From positions 19,017-83,016 of the forward strand of contig CAVUPH010000025.1 in assembly GCA_963743305.1 (NCBI GenBank): a stretch of DNA of 64,000 bases. Direction: 5' to 3'. The stretch comes from an uncultured delta proteobacterium (GTDB taxonomy: Bacteria > Desulfobacterota > RBG-13-43-22). This document shows, one piece after another, positions 8,697 to 18,514 of this stretch. The translations under genes and the position numbers were made by a program. Every line of letters begins with the position of its first letter. Position 1 is the first letter of the stretch. The notes below the pieces were generated by a model, which was not told the DNA's origin, ran no database searches, and saw nothing but the letters and a program-made list of their open reading frames with translations.

Positions 8697-10143
8697 GGGA
8701 TTTCTCCATCCAGGGAGGTCCATCCGCCTCCGAGGGCCTTATACAAACGAACCAGGTTGGAAGCAATGTTTCCCTCGCTTTGGGCTAATTGTTCTTGAAA
8801 GGAAAGCAGGGAACGTTGCGCCTCCAGGACATTGTTGAAATCGGTAAGTCCCGCCTCGTATTTTTGCCGGGCCAACCCGACCGCTTTCCGCGCGGCGTCT
8901 GTAGCTTCACTTAATGATTGCCTTCGCCGTTGGACCTCGGCATAGGCCGCCAGGACGTTTTCAACCTCCTCCAGGGCCGTGAGCACGGCCGCTTCATAGG
9001 CCAGCAGGTACTGTTCCTGAAGTGCCGACTGCACCTCGATGTTTTGGCGGATAGCCGCGCCTTTGAAGATCGCCCAGGTGATTTTTGGCCCGCCGGCCAG
9101 GCTCCAAACGGCGGAAGACAGATTGGTCAAAGAAAGGGCTTCCAGGCCGATGGAACCGTTCAGCGTGAACTTGGGATAGAGGTCCGCCGTGGCCACACCG
9201 ATCCGCGCCGTCTGGGCCGCCAGTTGGCGCTCGGCCTGGCGCACATCGGGCCGCCGCCTCAGTAGGTCAGCCGGCACACCCACGGCAACGCTCAAGGGTG
9301 GGACCGGAAAAGGCTCTCCGTTTCTTCAGTTCCGAATGGACCTGGCCGGGTTGTTCTCCCAGGAGCACGGCGATGCGGTTTAGGGCTTCCTCCAGTTTGG
9401 TGTGCAGCGCCGGTATCAAAGAACGTGTATTCTCGAGACTATAGCGGGCCTGCTGGACGGCGAGTTCGTCACTCAGCCCCGCCTCGTACCGCCATTGGGT
9501 CAACTGGTAGGTCTCGCTTTGGGCTCCCAGGTTCTCTTCGGCCACGACAATTTGGACCTGGGCGGTGCGCACATCGATGTAATTCAGGGCCACTTCCGCC
9601 AGCAGGGAGACGAGGACGTTGCGCAGGTTCTCCTGGGTAGCCTGCCAATCCGCTTCGGCCGCCTCGAGGGAGCGACGGAAGCCGCCAAAAACGTCCAGCT
9701 CCCAGCCGGCATCCAGTCCCGCCGCGTAGAGGTCAACGGTCTCGCCGGATCCTTTGTCTTTGCTGAAACGGCTCCAGTTAGCGGAAGCCGCGCCGTCGAG
9801 GGTCGGGAAGAAGTCGGCCTGGACGATGCCCCGCCGGGCCCGCGCCTCGCGAACCCGGGCCCGGGCCTTTTTGAGGTCCAGGTTCCCGGCCTCGGCTCGG
9901 TCCATCAAGCTGGAAAGCCGGGGATCGTTCAAGGTTCGCCACCAGGCCGAAAGATTTCCAGGGGCTTTTACCCCGACGGTCAGTCCTTCCGGCAGCGGCG
10001 TGTGCCAATCGGCAGGCGTGGCCGTGTCCGGCCGGACATAGTTCGGTCCGACGGCGGCGCATCCGGAAAGGAGCAAGACCAGCGACAGGAGCAGCCAACA
10101 GGTTGGTAACTGAATTAATCTTACTAGGATTGCTTTTTTCATT
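8693..10143 (-). CDS. NodT/OprM-type outer-membrane efflux lipoprotein (frameshift near 9310)
   Basis: Lipobox LSGCAAVGPNY, WELDVFG, PADLLRRRPDVRQAE, LYKALGGGW, split over ORFs 9267-10178 and 8693-9295. Confidence 0.88.
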
Positions 10144-10151
10144 ATGGTTAG

Positions 10152-10188
10152 GCAATTTACAGAGCAATTGTGAAACAATTATGGAGGG
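10152..10188 (-). promoter_or_regulatory. OmpR/BaeR-type 11-bp direct-repeat boxes
   Basis: Minus strand CTCCATAATTG-TTTCACAATTG-CTCTGTAAATTG resembles the BaeR box. It lies between the efflux operon and the divergent kinase gene. Confidence 0.6.
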
Positions 10189-10259
10189 AATAAGGATATT
10201 TCGAGGTGATAGACCTTTTGTCTTGACGATTGGCAGAAATAGATACCAAAATAATCCCC

Positions 10260-11613
10260 ATGAAGTTTGGCATCACCCAACGCCTGTTTCTTTCCATCCT
10301 GGGGGCGGCCGCTCTGGCCATCCTGACCCTGTTCCTGGTCATGCAGTGGAACCTCGACCGGGGGTTTCATCAGTACCTTAAGGAAACGGACCAGAGCAGG
10401 ATGGGGGAGTTGATCGACGATTTAGGTCGTCGTTATGAGAAACAGGGAAACTGGGATTTTCTTCGAAACGATCCTTCGCCGGGAAAGCCGCCGCCGGCGT
10501 TTGACCCTCATAAACCTAAGGGGGGTCCACTCGTCGTCTTGAACGAGGACCGAAAAACGGTGTTCGGCTTTCAACCTCCGGACGAGAAAATCGATTTTCG
10601 TCCCATTACGGTCCGCGATCGGACCGTGGGTTACGCGGGAATGTTGTCCCCGAAACATTTTCTGCACCCCATGCAGTCGCAGTTTCTCAGGGAGCAACGT
10701 CTGGCCCTGGCGGCGGCCGCGGCCTGTCTGGTCCTGATCGTGGCCCTCCTCTCCATCCCTTTGGCCCGGCGTTTGGTACGTCCCATCAAGGCCTTGGCGG
10801 CCGCCACCCGGGACATTGCCTCCGGCCATTATGCCACGCGTATTGCGGTCAGGTCTTCGGATGAACTGGGCCGTCTGGCCGGCGACTTCAACGAAATGTC
10901 CCGGATCCTGGAAAAAAATGAAAAGGCCCGCCGGGAATGGATTGCAGACATCTCCCATGAACTGCGGACGCCCGTGGCCATAATGCGCGGTGAGATCGAA
11001 GCCCTCCTTGATGGAATCCGGAAGATTACACCGGAGCGGATCAGCTCCCTGCACGGGGAAACCATACGTTTACATCGTCTGGTGGAAGACCTCTACCAGC
11101 TTTCCCTTTCCGACCTGGGGGCCTTGACCTACCGGAAAGAGCCGCTCGATCCGGCCGAGCTTCTCCAGAGGGTCGTCGAAACATACCGTCCGGCCTTCCA
11201 GGAAAAGGGGCTCGGGTTCTCCCTTCATCTATCCACAACCCAAAAACAACCCATGGTCTTCGGAGACGGGGAGCGGCTGTTCCAGCTTTTTGCCAACCTG
11301 GCTGAAAATTCCCTGCGCTTCACCGATCCCGGGGGGGAATTGCGGATTACCTTGTCATCCGGCGGACGGTCGGATCACTATTGAATTTCAGGATTCCCCG
11401 CCCGGGGTTCCCGAGGCGGCACTGGACCGGCTGTTCGACCGGCTCTATCGAGTGGAAGGATCGCGCAGCCGGGCGTCAGGCGGGGCCGGCCTCGGCCTGG
11501 CCATTTGTAAAAATATCGTCGAGGCCCATTCCGGGACGATCAGCGCCCATTCCTCCCCACTGGGCGGGCTGTTGATTCGGGTCAGCCTGCCGGTGTTCGG
11601 AGGCCGTTCATGA
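10260..11613 (+). CDS. baeS: BaeS-like sensor histidine kinase (frameshift near 11360)
   Basis: TM-HAMP region, ADISHELRTP, QLFANLAENSLRF; continues in ORF 11290-11613 (LFDRLYRVEGSRSRASGGAGLGLAI). Confidence 0.88.
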
Positions 11614-12293
11614 AAGGCGCCATTCTGATTGTAGAGGATGAACCGAAGCTGGCGGCCCTGCTGGCCGATTACCTGAAGGCCTCCGCTTTTGAAACCTTTG
11701 TTTTAACTGAGGGGACGGGCGTGGCGCCCTGGCTTCGGGAACACCCGGTCGACCTGGTCCTGCTGGACATTATGCTGCCGGGACGGGACGGCCTGGAGGT
11801 CTGTCGGGAAATTCGGACCTTCTCCCAGGTGCCCATCATCATGGTCACCGCCCGGGTGGAGGAGATTGACCGGATACTGGGGCTGGAGCTGGGGGCCGAC
11901 GACTACATCTGCAAGCCCTTCAGCCCCCGGGAGGTGGTGGCCCGGGTCAAGGCGGTCCTGCGGCGCACCCGCGGCGAAACGGCGGCATCGGACCCGGACT
12001 TGGTTCTCGATGACGCCACCTACCAGGCCCGGCTCCGGGGTCGGGATCTGGAACTGACCGCGGTGGAATTCAAGCTGCTGCAATTGCTCGCTGCAAAACC
12101 GGGACGGATCTACGGTCGGGAACAGATCATGGCCCGCATCTATCCGGACGACCGCTTCGTCAACGACCGCACCGTCGACAGCCACATCAAGAAATTGCGC
12201 CGGAAAATCCAGGCCGTTGATCCCCACACCGACCTGATTTACTCGGTGTATGGTGTAGGGTACAAGTTTGAACCCGCCAGCAAGGATCGTTGA
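11610..12293 (+). CDS. baeR: BaeR-like OmpR-family response regulator
   Basis: ILIVEDE, GADDYICKPFSPREVVARVKAVLRR, DRTVDSHIKKLRRK, SVYGVGYKF. Confidence 0.93.
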   Translation: MKGAILIVEDEPKLAALLADYLKASAFETFVLTEGTGVAPWLREHPVDLVLLDIMLPGRDGLEVCREIRTFSQVPIIMVTARVEEIDRILGLELGADDYICKPFSPREVVARVKAVLRRTRGETAASDPDLVLDDATYQARLRGRDLELTAVEFKLLQLLAAKPGRIYGREQIMARIYPDDRFVNDRTVDSHIKKLRRKIQAVDPHTDLIYSVYGVGYKFEPASKDR

Positions 12294-12315
12294 CCAGCCC
12301 TTTTTTTCTTAATCA

Positions 12316-12820
12316 TTAGACGATCCCGTCCTGACGCAGTTTGAACGCCAGAATCCGACCTTTCTCCTGGGCGGATTCGCCCTCAATAAAGAAAGAGTTC
12401 CTGGCCCTGGAAGGTGGAGGGAACAATTCACGGATAGTGATCTTTTTCAGTCCCCCGGGATCAATTCCCAAATCGGCGGCCTTCCAAATAGTTACCGGTT
12501 TCTTCCGGGTCTCCTGGATGGCCCTCAGCGTCGGCCGCCGGAGTTCACCCGCTTCGCTGCTCACGGTGACCAGGGCCGGCAGAGCGGCCGCAACCACTTC
12601 ATAGCCAATGCGCTTCAGCTTCTCTACCTTGATCTTATTCCCTTGAAGCTCCACGGCCTGAACCAGATTGACGGCCGGTATGTTAAGGATCTCGGCCAAA
12701 ACCAATCCCACCTGGCCGAATTCCCAGTCCGCTGCCGGCCGATCAGGACCAGGTCATAGGCGCCCTTTTTTGATGGCGGCACAAAGCACCTGGGCCGTGG
12801 ATAGGCTTGTCAAATCCAGA
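12316..12820 (-). pseudogene. Electron transfer flavoprotein beta subunit, 3' fragment
   Basis: STAQVLCAAIKK..YDLVLIGRQ..GQVGLVLAEILNIP..LPALVTV..ELRRPTLRAI. The 5' half is missing and the rest is frameshifted. Confidence 0.75.
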
Positions 12821-13228
12821 AAATATTGAGGATATCTGCATCCGTAACGCCGGCACCATGATCTCTGACAGTGATTTCAGCATACGGCGAGGCATTGATT
12901 AACCTTTTTTTCAGACAAATTTCGACACGGGTCGACTCAAACGTAAATTGGATGGCATTACGGACAATATTTTCGATAGCCTGACGCAGCAATGCTTCGT
13001 TGCCCTGGACGACACACGCGTCGAGGTTCAACAGCTTAACACTCCGGTTGTTTCCCCGAGCTTCAAATTCTCCATCCGCGGATATCTCCTCAACCAGGGT
13101 CGCGAGTCCGACGGATTTCATCTGAACCCTTTCAACCCCGGATTCAAGGCGGGTCGGCATCAGCACATGGCCAATCAATTCATTCAAAGACTGAGCTTCC
13201 TGTTCGATCCTTGTCAATGCGTTTTGGC
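12821..13228 (-). pseudogene. CpxA-like histidine kinase, internal fragment
   Basis: RIEQEAQSLNELI..LLRQAIENIVRNAI..ITVRDHGAGV..LNIF, truncated at both ends. Confidence 0.8.
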
Positions 13229-13665
13229 TGATCTGGCCATCCTTTAACGTCCAGACGCAATGTGGCTTTTGCTGCTGGTGGCCTCCCCGCCTGATTGGGA
13301 AGTGGAAATAGGCGGCCGTGGAAGCAAAGAGCCGACCAAACCAGCAGAAGGCTTCTTTTCTTCCTGGACTGGCGGGGTGAAGCGCAGCGCGGTGCTCGGT
13401 ACCAGAATGGCATTTTCGACTTTCTTGACGGTGATCTCTGCGGTGGCTGTCATACCAGGCCGTAGGGATAGATCCGAGTTGTTGACTTTCAGCACGGTTT
13501 CGTAGGTCACAACCCCTGACGTCGTTGAAGAGCCAAAACGGGCTTGGGTGATTCGTGCCTCAAAAGTTCCATTCGGATAGGCAGCGACGCTGAAGGTGGC
13601 TTCTTGGCCTTCGCGCACATTACCTATATCGGCCTCGTCCACATTCATGTGCAGTTCCATTGGAT
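13229..13665 (-). pseudogene. MacA-like adaptor, internal fragment
   Basis: MELHMNVDEADIGNVREGQEA..VWTLKDGQ, nearly collinear with residues of 7395-8696. Confidence 0.85.
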
Positions 13666-13667
13666 GG

Positions 13668-13721
13668 CTATTTTTCAGGTACCTGGGCCAGTGATTCCCA
13701 TCCACCACCCAGGGCTTTGAT
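13668..13721 (-). pseudogene. Outer-membrane efflux protein C-terminal remnant
   Basis: Translates IKALGGGWESLAQVPEK* (compare LYKALGGGWTSLDGEIP at 8693). Confidence 0.7.
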
Positions 13722-13846
13722 CTAAAACTGGCGGAATCCATGTTTACTTAGGGTCCATTTCCTGAATCCTAACCTCATCTCTCTCCCAGTTCCCATGGCG
13801 AAGCCTAGCCAAACATATTTGAAGACTTTTTTCATTTGTCCAACGA

Positions 13847-14497
13847 TCATCTATCAAATTTTCCATCAGGCCTCTCTCTTGTCCTGGGCCCCGTTTTCTG
13901 TTTCTCTTGGAGTTTTTTTCTCTGGTCCGGCGTTAATTTTGTCTTGAGTTCTTCCACGGCCAGGATGAGGGAAAGCTGCATTTCCGCTCTTAGGTTCTCT
14001 ATCCGTCTAATTTTTGTCTCCGCCGCCTTTATATTTACCGGATCTTTCTCGAGAAGGTTCTTCAATTCTAACCCGGTAATCTGTTCATCGGTCCTCTTCC
14101 TGATCACCTCTTCCGTCAACCTGTTCCTCAACTCTTGTATATCCCCTTTCTGCTTTTCATCAAGACTGAGTTCCCTAAGGTATCGCCAAATGGGATGCTC
14201 GGAATCCATCATCATCTCGAGCATCTTTCCATCGCTCGGCTGGCCGGCAGGGGCGGACATTGTTCCAGGATGTTCCCGGCCGCCCATCCTTTCGGAACCC
14301 ATCGATGGGGGCATCCTACCGCCCATTTGGGCTGAAACATTTCCTGCCCAAAGACCCATAAAAAAGAGGAAAGCCAAATCTATTAATAGGACTAAAAGGA
14401 CTGTTGCCATAAATGATTTGGACATTATTCCCCTTCCCTCATTTTTAGAATCGTTGATTTGGAACCTGTTGTTTTTCATCGCAGACCTCCACCTCAT
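13847..14497 (-). CDS. Spy/CpxP-family periplasmic chaperone (heavy-metal-sensor-like); true start may be ~14425
   Basis: Signal-like segment, Met/Gly-rich region, LSLDEKQK and LTPDQRKKL (LTxxQ motifs). Confidence 0.82.
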   Translation of the reverse strand: MRWRSAMKNNRFQINDSKNEGRGIMSKSFMATVLLVLLIDLAFLFFMGLWAGNVSAQMGGRMPPSMGSERMGGREHPGTMSAPAGQPSDGKMLEMMMDSEHPIWRYLRELSLDEKQKGDIQELRNRLTEEVIRKRTDEQITGLELKNLLEKDPVNIKAAETKIRRIENLRAEMQLSLILAVEELKTKLTPDQRKKLQEKQKTGPRTRERPDGKFDR

Positions 14498-14548
14498 AGT
14501 TTCTGATCGATGCCTCCGGGAATATCGAATTCATCGAGTCCAGAAATA

Positions 14549-14578
14549 ACAGACAAATATGGCAAAAACATGGAAGGA
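14549..14578 (-). promoter_or_regulatory. OmpR-family direct-repeat boxes upstream of the spy-like gene
   Basis: Minus strand TTCCATGTTTT-TGCCATATTTG, 11-bp spacing. Confidence 0.45.
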
Positions 14579-14760
14579 AAAAGGAAATGCGGAGGAATAC
14601 TGAACAGAGTAACGTTTAATAAATAGAGGGGGGATGAAAATGAAGGCGGGGAGAGAAATATACTCAACTCTCTCCCGCGCCTCCGTCGATGAGCGCTATG
14701 GCCAGAAAGCGTCTTGATCAACGATGTTGACCAGCCTTGCTCTCTAACTTTCCTGGCCTA

Positions 14761-15525
14761 TCAGGCGCTCACATTAAGCAGGGAACTGCCTCCACCGTTT
14801 TTTAAGTTTTCAATCAGTTGAGATAAAAAGGAGTTGATTGAATTGCTATCTCCGGTGGAGCTTGATCCGCCGCTGTTAGACAGATTCTTGAGCAAATCCA
14901 CCAGGCTCTCCATCTTAAAGTCCTCCTGGCCCTTTCCGTAGGTCGAGGTGGCTTGCGACATTTGGCCCGGCGGTGAAGGGGCATTCTCCTTCATAAAGGC
15001 CTTCATCTCATCGCTGCTCAAGGACCCGTCCTCGTTGGTGTCATATTTGGAGAAAGCCTCCTCCAAATCGATGGAGTCTCCGGTATGCTCCTTTACTTTA
15101 TTGGCAAAGCCGGTAAACTCCGTTTTATCAATTCCGCCGCTGCCGTTACCGTCTACCTTGCTGAATAGGTCGTCCTGAGCTTGCTGTAGGAACTGGGCGT
15201 TCATGGAGGACATTCCGCCGCCCATACCGTCCGGCGGAGGAGGAGCGTTGTCCTTCATGAACGATTTCATCTCATCGCTGCTCAAGGAGCCGTCGTTGTT
15301 GGTGTCATAGGTTTTGAAAGCATCATCCCCATTGATGGAGTTTCCGCTAAGTTTCGACAAGTTCTTAGCAATGTCGGAAAACTCCGTTTTGTCTATTCCG
15401 CCGCTACCATCACTGTCCATTTTGCTGAATAGATCCTTCTGAATCTGCTGCATGGACTGGGTATCCATCTGGTACATGGAACCGTAACCACCCAGGCCAT
15501 TGAGACTTCCAATGCTGCTGGACAT
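14761..15525 (-). CDS. Multi-EF-hand calcium-binding protein, paralogue of 4285-4992
   Basis: DSDGSGGIDKTE, DTNNDGSLSSDE, DGNGSGGIDKTE, DTNEDGSLSSDE; NAPPPP linkers; RBS AGGAGG. Confidence 0.88.
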   Translation of the reverse strand: MSSSIGSLNGLGGYGSMYQMDTQSMQQIQKDLFSKMDSDGSGGIDKTEFSDIAKNLSKLSGNSINGDDAFKTYDTNNDGSLSSDEMKSFMKDNAPPPPDGMGGGMSSMNAQFLQQAQDDLFSKVDGNGSGGIDKTEFTGFANKVKEHTGDSIDLEEAFSKYDTNEDGSLSSDEMKAFMKENAPSPPGQMSQATSTYGKGQEDFKMESLVDLLKNLSNSGGSSSTGDSNSINSFLSQLIENLKNGGGSSLLNVSA

Positions 15526-15666
15526 ACATAACCTCCTTTTCAATGTTGGTTCGTGGTTAACAACAATCTCGCCTCTAACCGGGTAATCCTTTCTCTCAAT
15601 GATAGTATTTTAATAATCACCCCCCTTATCGCCGATCGGACATTGGAATTCATACAGGGGGGATAA

Positions 15667-15683
15667 AGCAACCCCAGTGCCAG
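15667..15683 (-). promoter_or_regulatory. Sigma54 promoter of EF-hand gene 2
   Basis: Minus strand CTGGCACTGGGGTTGCT, a GG-N10-GC match. Confidence 0.8.
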
Positions 15684-15724
15684 ATTAAGTTTCTCAGTTT
15701 CGATACGTTACGTCCGAAAACCAT

Positions 15725-15820
15725 TTTTTCGACGTTCTTCCCCGCTTCCGTTCAGTGAATAATTTGATCGCCAGCTTCGAAAACAGGGAGTCCCCGTTTT
15801 CGATTTGATTTTGGGGAGGG
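15725..15820 (-). pseudogene. Degenerate homologue of the OrfA-like HTH gene at 5105-5329
   Basis: PQNQIENGDSLFSKLAIKLFTERKRGR aligns with HPNQIKNWKSIFLHQAAELFADKRKKR and sits in the same position relative to the sigma54 promoter. Confidence 0.6.
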
Positions 15821-15965
15821 GCGTTTTTTGATTTCGCCCTCCCTGGGCTTTGCTCTTGGCAAAGACGGACCCAAACATTTTTTCAATTCCTTCATGAAGT
15901 AACTTATTTGAAATATGGTTTGGCCTGGAAATGCGACCTATCGGCTTAAAAATTCCCGATAGGGT

Positions 15966-16000
15966 CGGGAAATTATTTCCCAGGGGGAATATTTTTTCCT
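15966..16000. promoter_or_regulatory. Paired GG-N10-CC palindromes (putative sigma54 enhancer)
   Basis: CGGGAAATTATTTCCC and GGAATATTTTTTCC. Confidence 0.55.
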
Positions 16001-16187
16001 TCCCATCTATTGGATCTCCATAGCCGGAAACCTGCTGGTCTACTCGGGATAACGGTCAAAAAGGACAAAAATGAGGAAGAAATAAGGAAATTTACTGCGT
16101 CCGCACAGGGAAAGAGCTTATTCCTTGCATTGCCATTGGGAATAAATATGATGGTAGGATCATGGATCATGGCCTTAAAAGATAATC

Positions 16188-16283
16188 ATGAAGCTCACTA
16201 TTAGGTGCCGGCTGTTTCTCTCTATTCTCGCCGCAACGTGCGTGGCCCCTTCGGTCAAAAAGGCGGCGATCGACACATGGGTG
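16188..16283 (+). pseudogene. BaeS-like kinase N-terminal remnant
   Basis: MKLTIRCRLFLSILAATCVA vs MKFGITQRLFLSILGAAALA at 10260. Confidence 0.55.
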
Positions 16284-16450
16284 ACAAAGACGACTCTCAC
16301 GATATCCGGCTGAATACATCTTCTTTGGTGATGACCCCGGCCGCTTTGGCCTTTTTAGCCATCTTTTTCTTGAGCCGCCGGAATCGGGCCTCCCAAAGAA
16401 ATTGGCCCAAGGATTCCTTTTGAATACTATTCCTATAATTATCATATTGA

Positions 16451-16473
16451 CTTACATTATACCATAATGTAAG
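16451..16473. promoter_or_regulatory. TA operon operator palindrome overlapping a sigma70 promoter
   Basis: CTTACATTAT-ACC-ATAATGTAAG directly after TTGA. Confidence 0.65.
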
Positions 16474-16504
16474 ATATTATGCAAAAAGGAGGATTGATGA
16501 AGCT

Positions 16505-16768
16505 ATGGAAGAAGCCACCATGACCAGTAAGGGGCAGATCGTGGTCCCGGCCAAATTAAGAAAGCGTTACGGCCTCAGACCGGGCGTAAAGGTATATTTT
16601 ATTGAACGAAATGATGAAATTCTATTTCAGCCGCTGACCAAAGAGACTATCCGGAGCGTCCACGGCCTCTTGGCCAGCGAAACTTCGGTAACGAAAGAAC
16701 TCCTTCAGGAACGGGCCAAAGACCGGGAACACGAGGAGGCCAAACTTGGAAAACGCCGTACTCGATAG
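16505..16768 (+). CDS. AbrB/MazE-family antitoxin
   Basis: ATMTSKGQIVVPAKLRKRYGLRPG; overlaps the downstream PIN gene. Confidence 0.9.
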   Translation: MEEATMTSKGQIVVPAKLRKRYGLRPGVKVYFIERNDEILFQPLTKETIRSVHGLLASETSVTKELLQERAKDREHEEAKLGKRRTR

Positions 16769-17144
16769 CTACGCCGTTCTGGCCTTCCTTTTTAAAGAAA
16801 AGGGCCACGAAATCGTGCTCGACCTACTGGAAAAGGCCATGGAGTCGGATAATAAACTCCTGATCGCCGCGCCCAATTGGGCGGAAGTCCGCTATATGGT
16901 CGAACGAAAAGCAGGGTCCGACCGCTGGGCGGAGGTAAGAGACAAGCTGCTCGGATTACCCATCGAAATCATTGACGCGGACCGGAAACTGGCTGAGGCG
17001 GCCGGAGAGATAAAAGCCTTTCACCAGATGTCACTGGCCGATTGTTTTGCCGCGGCGCTGGCCAGGTTGAAGAAGGCGGAAATTTATACCGGCGACCCGG
17101 AATTCAAGGCCATTGAGGCCGAGCAGAAAATAGTCTGGCTTTAG
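16746..17144 (+). CDS. vapC: VapC-family PIN toxin
   Basis: VLDSYAVLAFL, NWAEVRY, MSLADCFAAALA, IYTGDPEF. Confidence 0.9.
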   Translation: MENAVLDSYAVLAFLFKEKGHEIVLDLLEKAMESDNKLLIAAPNWAEVRYMVERKAGSDRWAEVRDKLLGLPIEIIDADRKLAEAAGEIKAFHQMSLADCFAAALARLKKAEIYTGDPEFKAIEAEQKIVWL

Positions 17145-17283
17145 GGATTCCGAAAAGGAGGAAAGGATCTCCGACCCTGGATTTCCGGCTATGGCAGGCT
17201 CTTACTCCGGAGCTGTGAAATGGGGCTTGACATGCATCCCATGTGATAAATATGATTATATATCATCGAGGAAGGGAACAGCT

Positions 17284-17511
17284 ATGGGTTCCACGAGGAC
17301 GATTATTACTATTTCCGAGGAGGAAAAGCGGTGGCTTAAGAGTTACAGTCAAATGCATCGTGTTTCTTTGGCCGAGGCTATTCGTCAAGGGATTACCTGC
17401 CTGAAATCCGCGGAAGGGGAAAAAGCCTATCAATCCCTGGTCGAGGAAACAAAGGGTCTTTGGAGCCGTGGAGACGGATTGGATTATCAAAAACGCCTGC
17501 GATCCGAATGA
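17284..17511 (+). CDS. Ribbon-helix-helix (CopG-like) antitoxin, orphan
   Basis: TRTIITISEEEKRWLKSYS..SLAEAIRQGI..TKGLWSRGDGLDYQKRLRSE. No toxin gene follows. Confidence 0.7.
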   Translation: MGSTRTIITISEEEKRWLKSYSQMHRVSLAEAIRQGITCLKSAEGEKAYQSLVEETKGLWSRGDGLDYQKRLRSE

Positions 17512-17756
17512 GAGAAATTGAAATTTCAGAAGAGCCCATCGAGCTCTATAAAATCTTGAAGTTCGAAAATTGGGTCGCCAGCGGCGGTGAAGCGAAACAG
17601 GTGATTTCTGAAGGCCACGTTAGGGTAAATGGAAGGGTCGAAACCAGAAAGCGAAAGAAGATCTTTTCAGGCGATGTGGTTGAATTTGGAAAAGATATCA
17701 TTCGAATAAAGGTGAGCGGCGCGCGTCGTCCGGTTGGATCGGGAACAGGCGGTTGA
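17508..17756 (+). CDS. S4-domain RNA-binding protein (YbcJ/YaaA-like)
   Basis: IELYKILKFENWVASGGEAKQVISEGHVRVNGRVETRKRKKIFSGDVV. Confidence 0.88.
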   Translation: MREIEISEEPIELYKILKFENWVASGGEAKQVISEGHVRVNGRVETRKRKKIFSGDVVEFGKDIIRIKVSGARRPVGSGTGG

Positions 17757-18231
17757 CTCTATTCTCCCGGGGGAACCCTGAAATGGGTCGGGTCAGGATA
17801 AGAACTTGACCCGGATTGGAATACCAATGGATCCATAGCCAAAATTGGAGCAATAATTAATTTTTTAGAGATCTAAGAATGTTAGGCGAAAAATATTATC
17901 TATATCTATAGCTTTACTAATAAACATAAACGCTAATTTCAAAAACCGCCGGGTCAAATGGGAGCGGCTGGAGTTCAAGTAAGACATGAACCATCAGCCC
18001 ATTTTCCATACTCAGCACGCCTTTGACAATGATTTTCATAATTGGGGAGGTGGATACATCTTCATCGGAATCGGGGACAAACAGGGACGCCCAGGTCCGG
18101 CTTGTCCAGGCAGAATAATAGTCTGCCCCGTTGTTCACCGGGTAGAATAATTATGAATCGTATGATATATGTATAGATAACTAATCATTGTACCAGGCAT
18201 TTTGCAAATAATTACTACTGGAGGTTAAGGA

Positions 18232-18462
18232 ATGGAGTTCAAACGAATTACGGTGAATGCGGAGCAAATGGGGGGCATACCTTGCCTTCGAGGACTTCGG
18301 ATTCCCGTGGCTACCGTGGTAGGGATGGTGGCAGACGGCATGAGGGAAGAAGAAATACTGAAAGATTTTCCTGACTTAGAGCCTGAGGATATCAAGGAAG
18401 CTTTGCAATACGCTGCGGAAACCGTTCGTGAACGCGAACTACCGCTTTTGCTGGCGTCGTGA
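18232..18462 (+). CDS. DUF433 antitoxin-like protein
   Basis: RITVNAEQMGGIPCLRGLRIPVATVV..ILKDFPDLEPEDIKEALQYAA. Confidence 0.9.
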   Translation: MEFKRITVNAEQMGGIPCLRGLRIPVATVVGMVADGMREEEILKDFPDLEPEDIKEALQYAAETVRERELPLLLAS

Positions 18463-18488
18463 GATTTTTGATCGACAACGCCCTTTAC
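18459..18488 (+). pseudogene. Truncated DUF5615 PIN-like toxin (first ~9 codons only)
   Basis: GTG overlapping the DUF433 stop gives MRFLIDNAL, then the sequence breaks off. Confidence 0.6.
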
Positions 18489-18514
18489 CGACCTTACAGA
18501 AACCCAACCTACTG

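Noticed and set aside
17917-18138. 73-aa minus-strand ORF in an AT-rich gap
   Set aside because: No recognisable domain or clear RBS; it may be a gene remnant.
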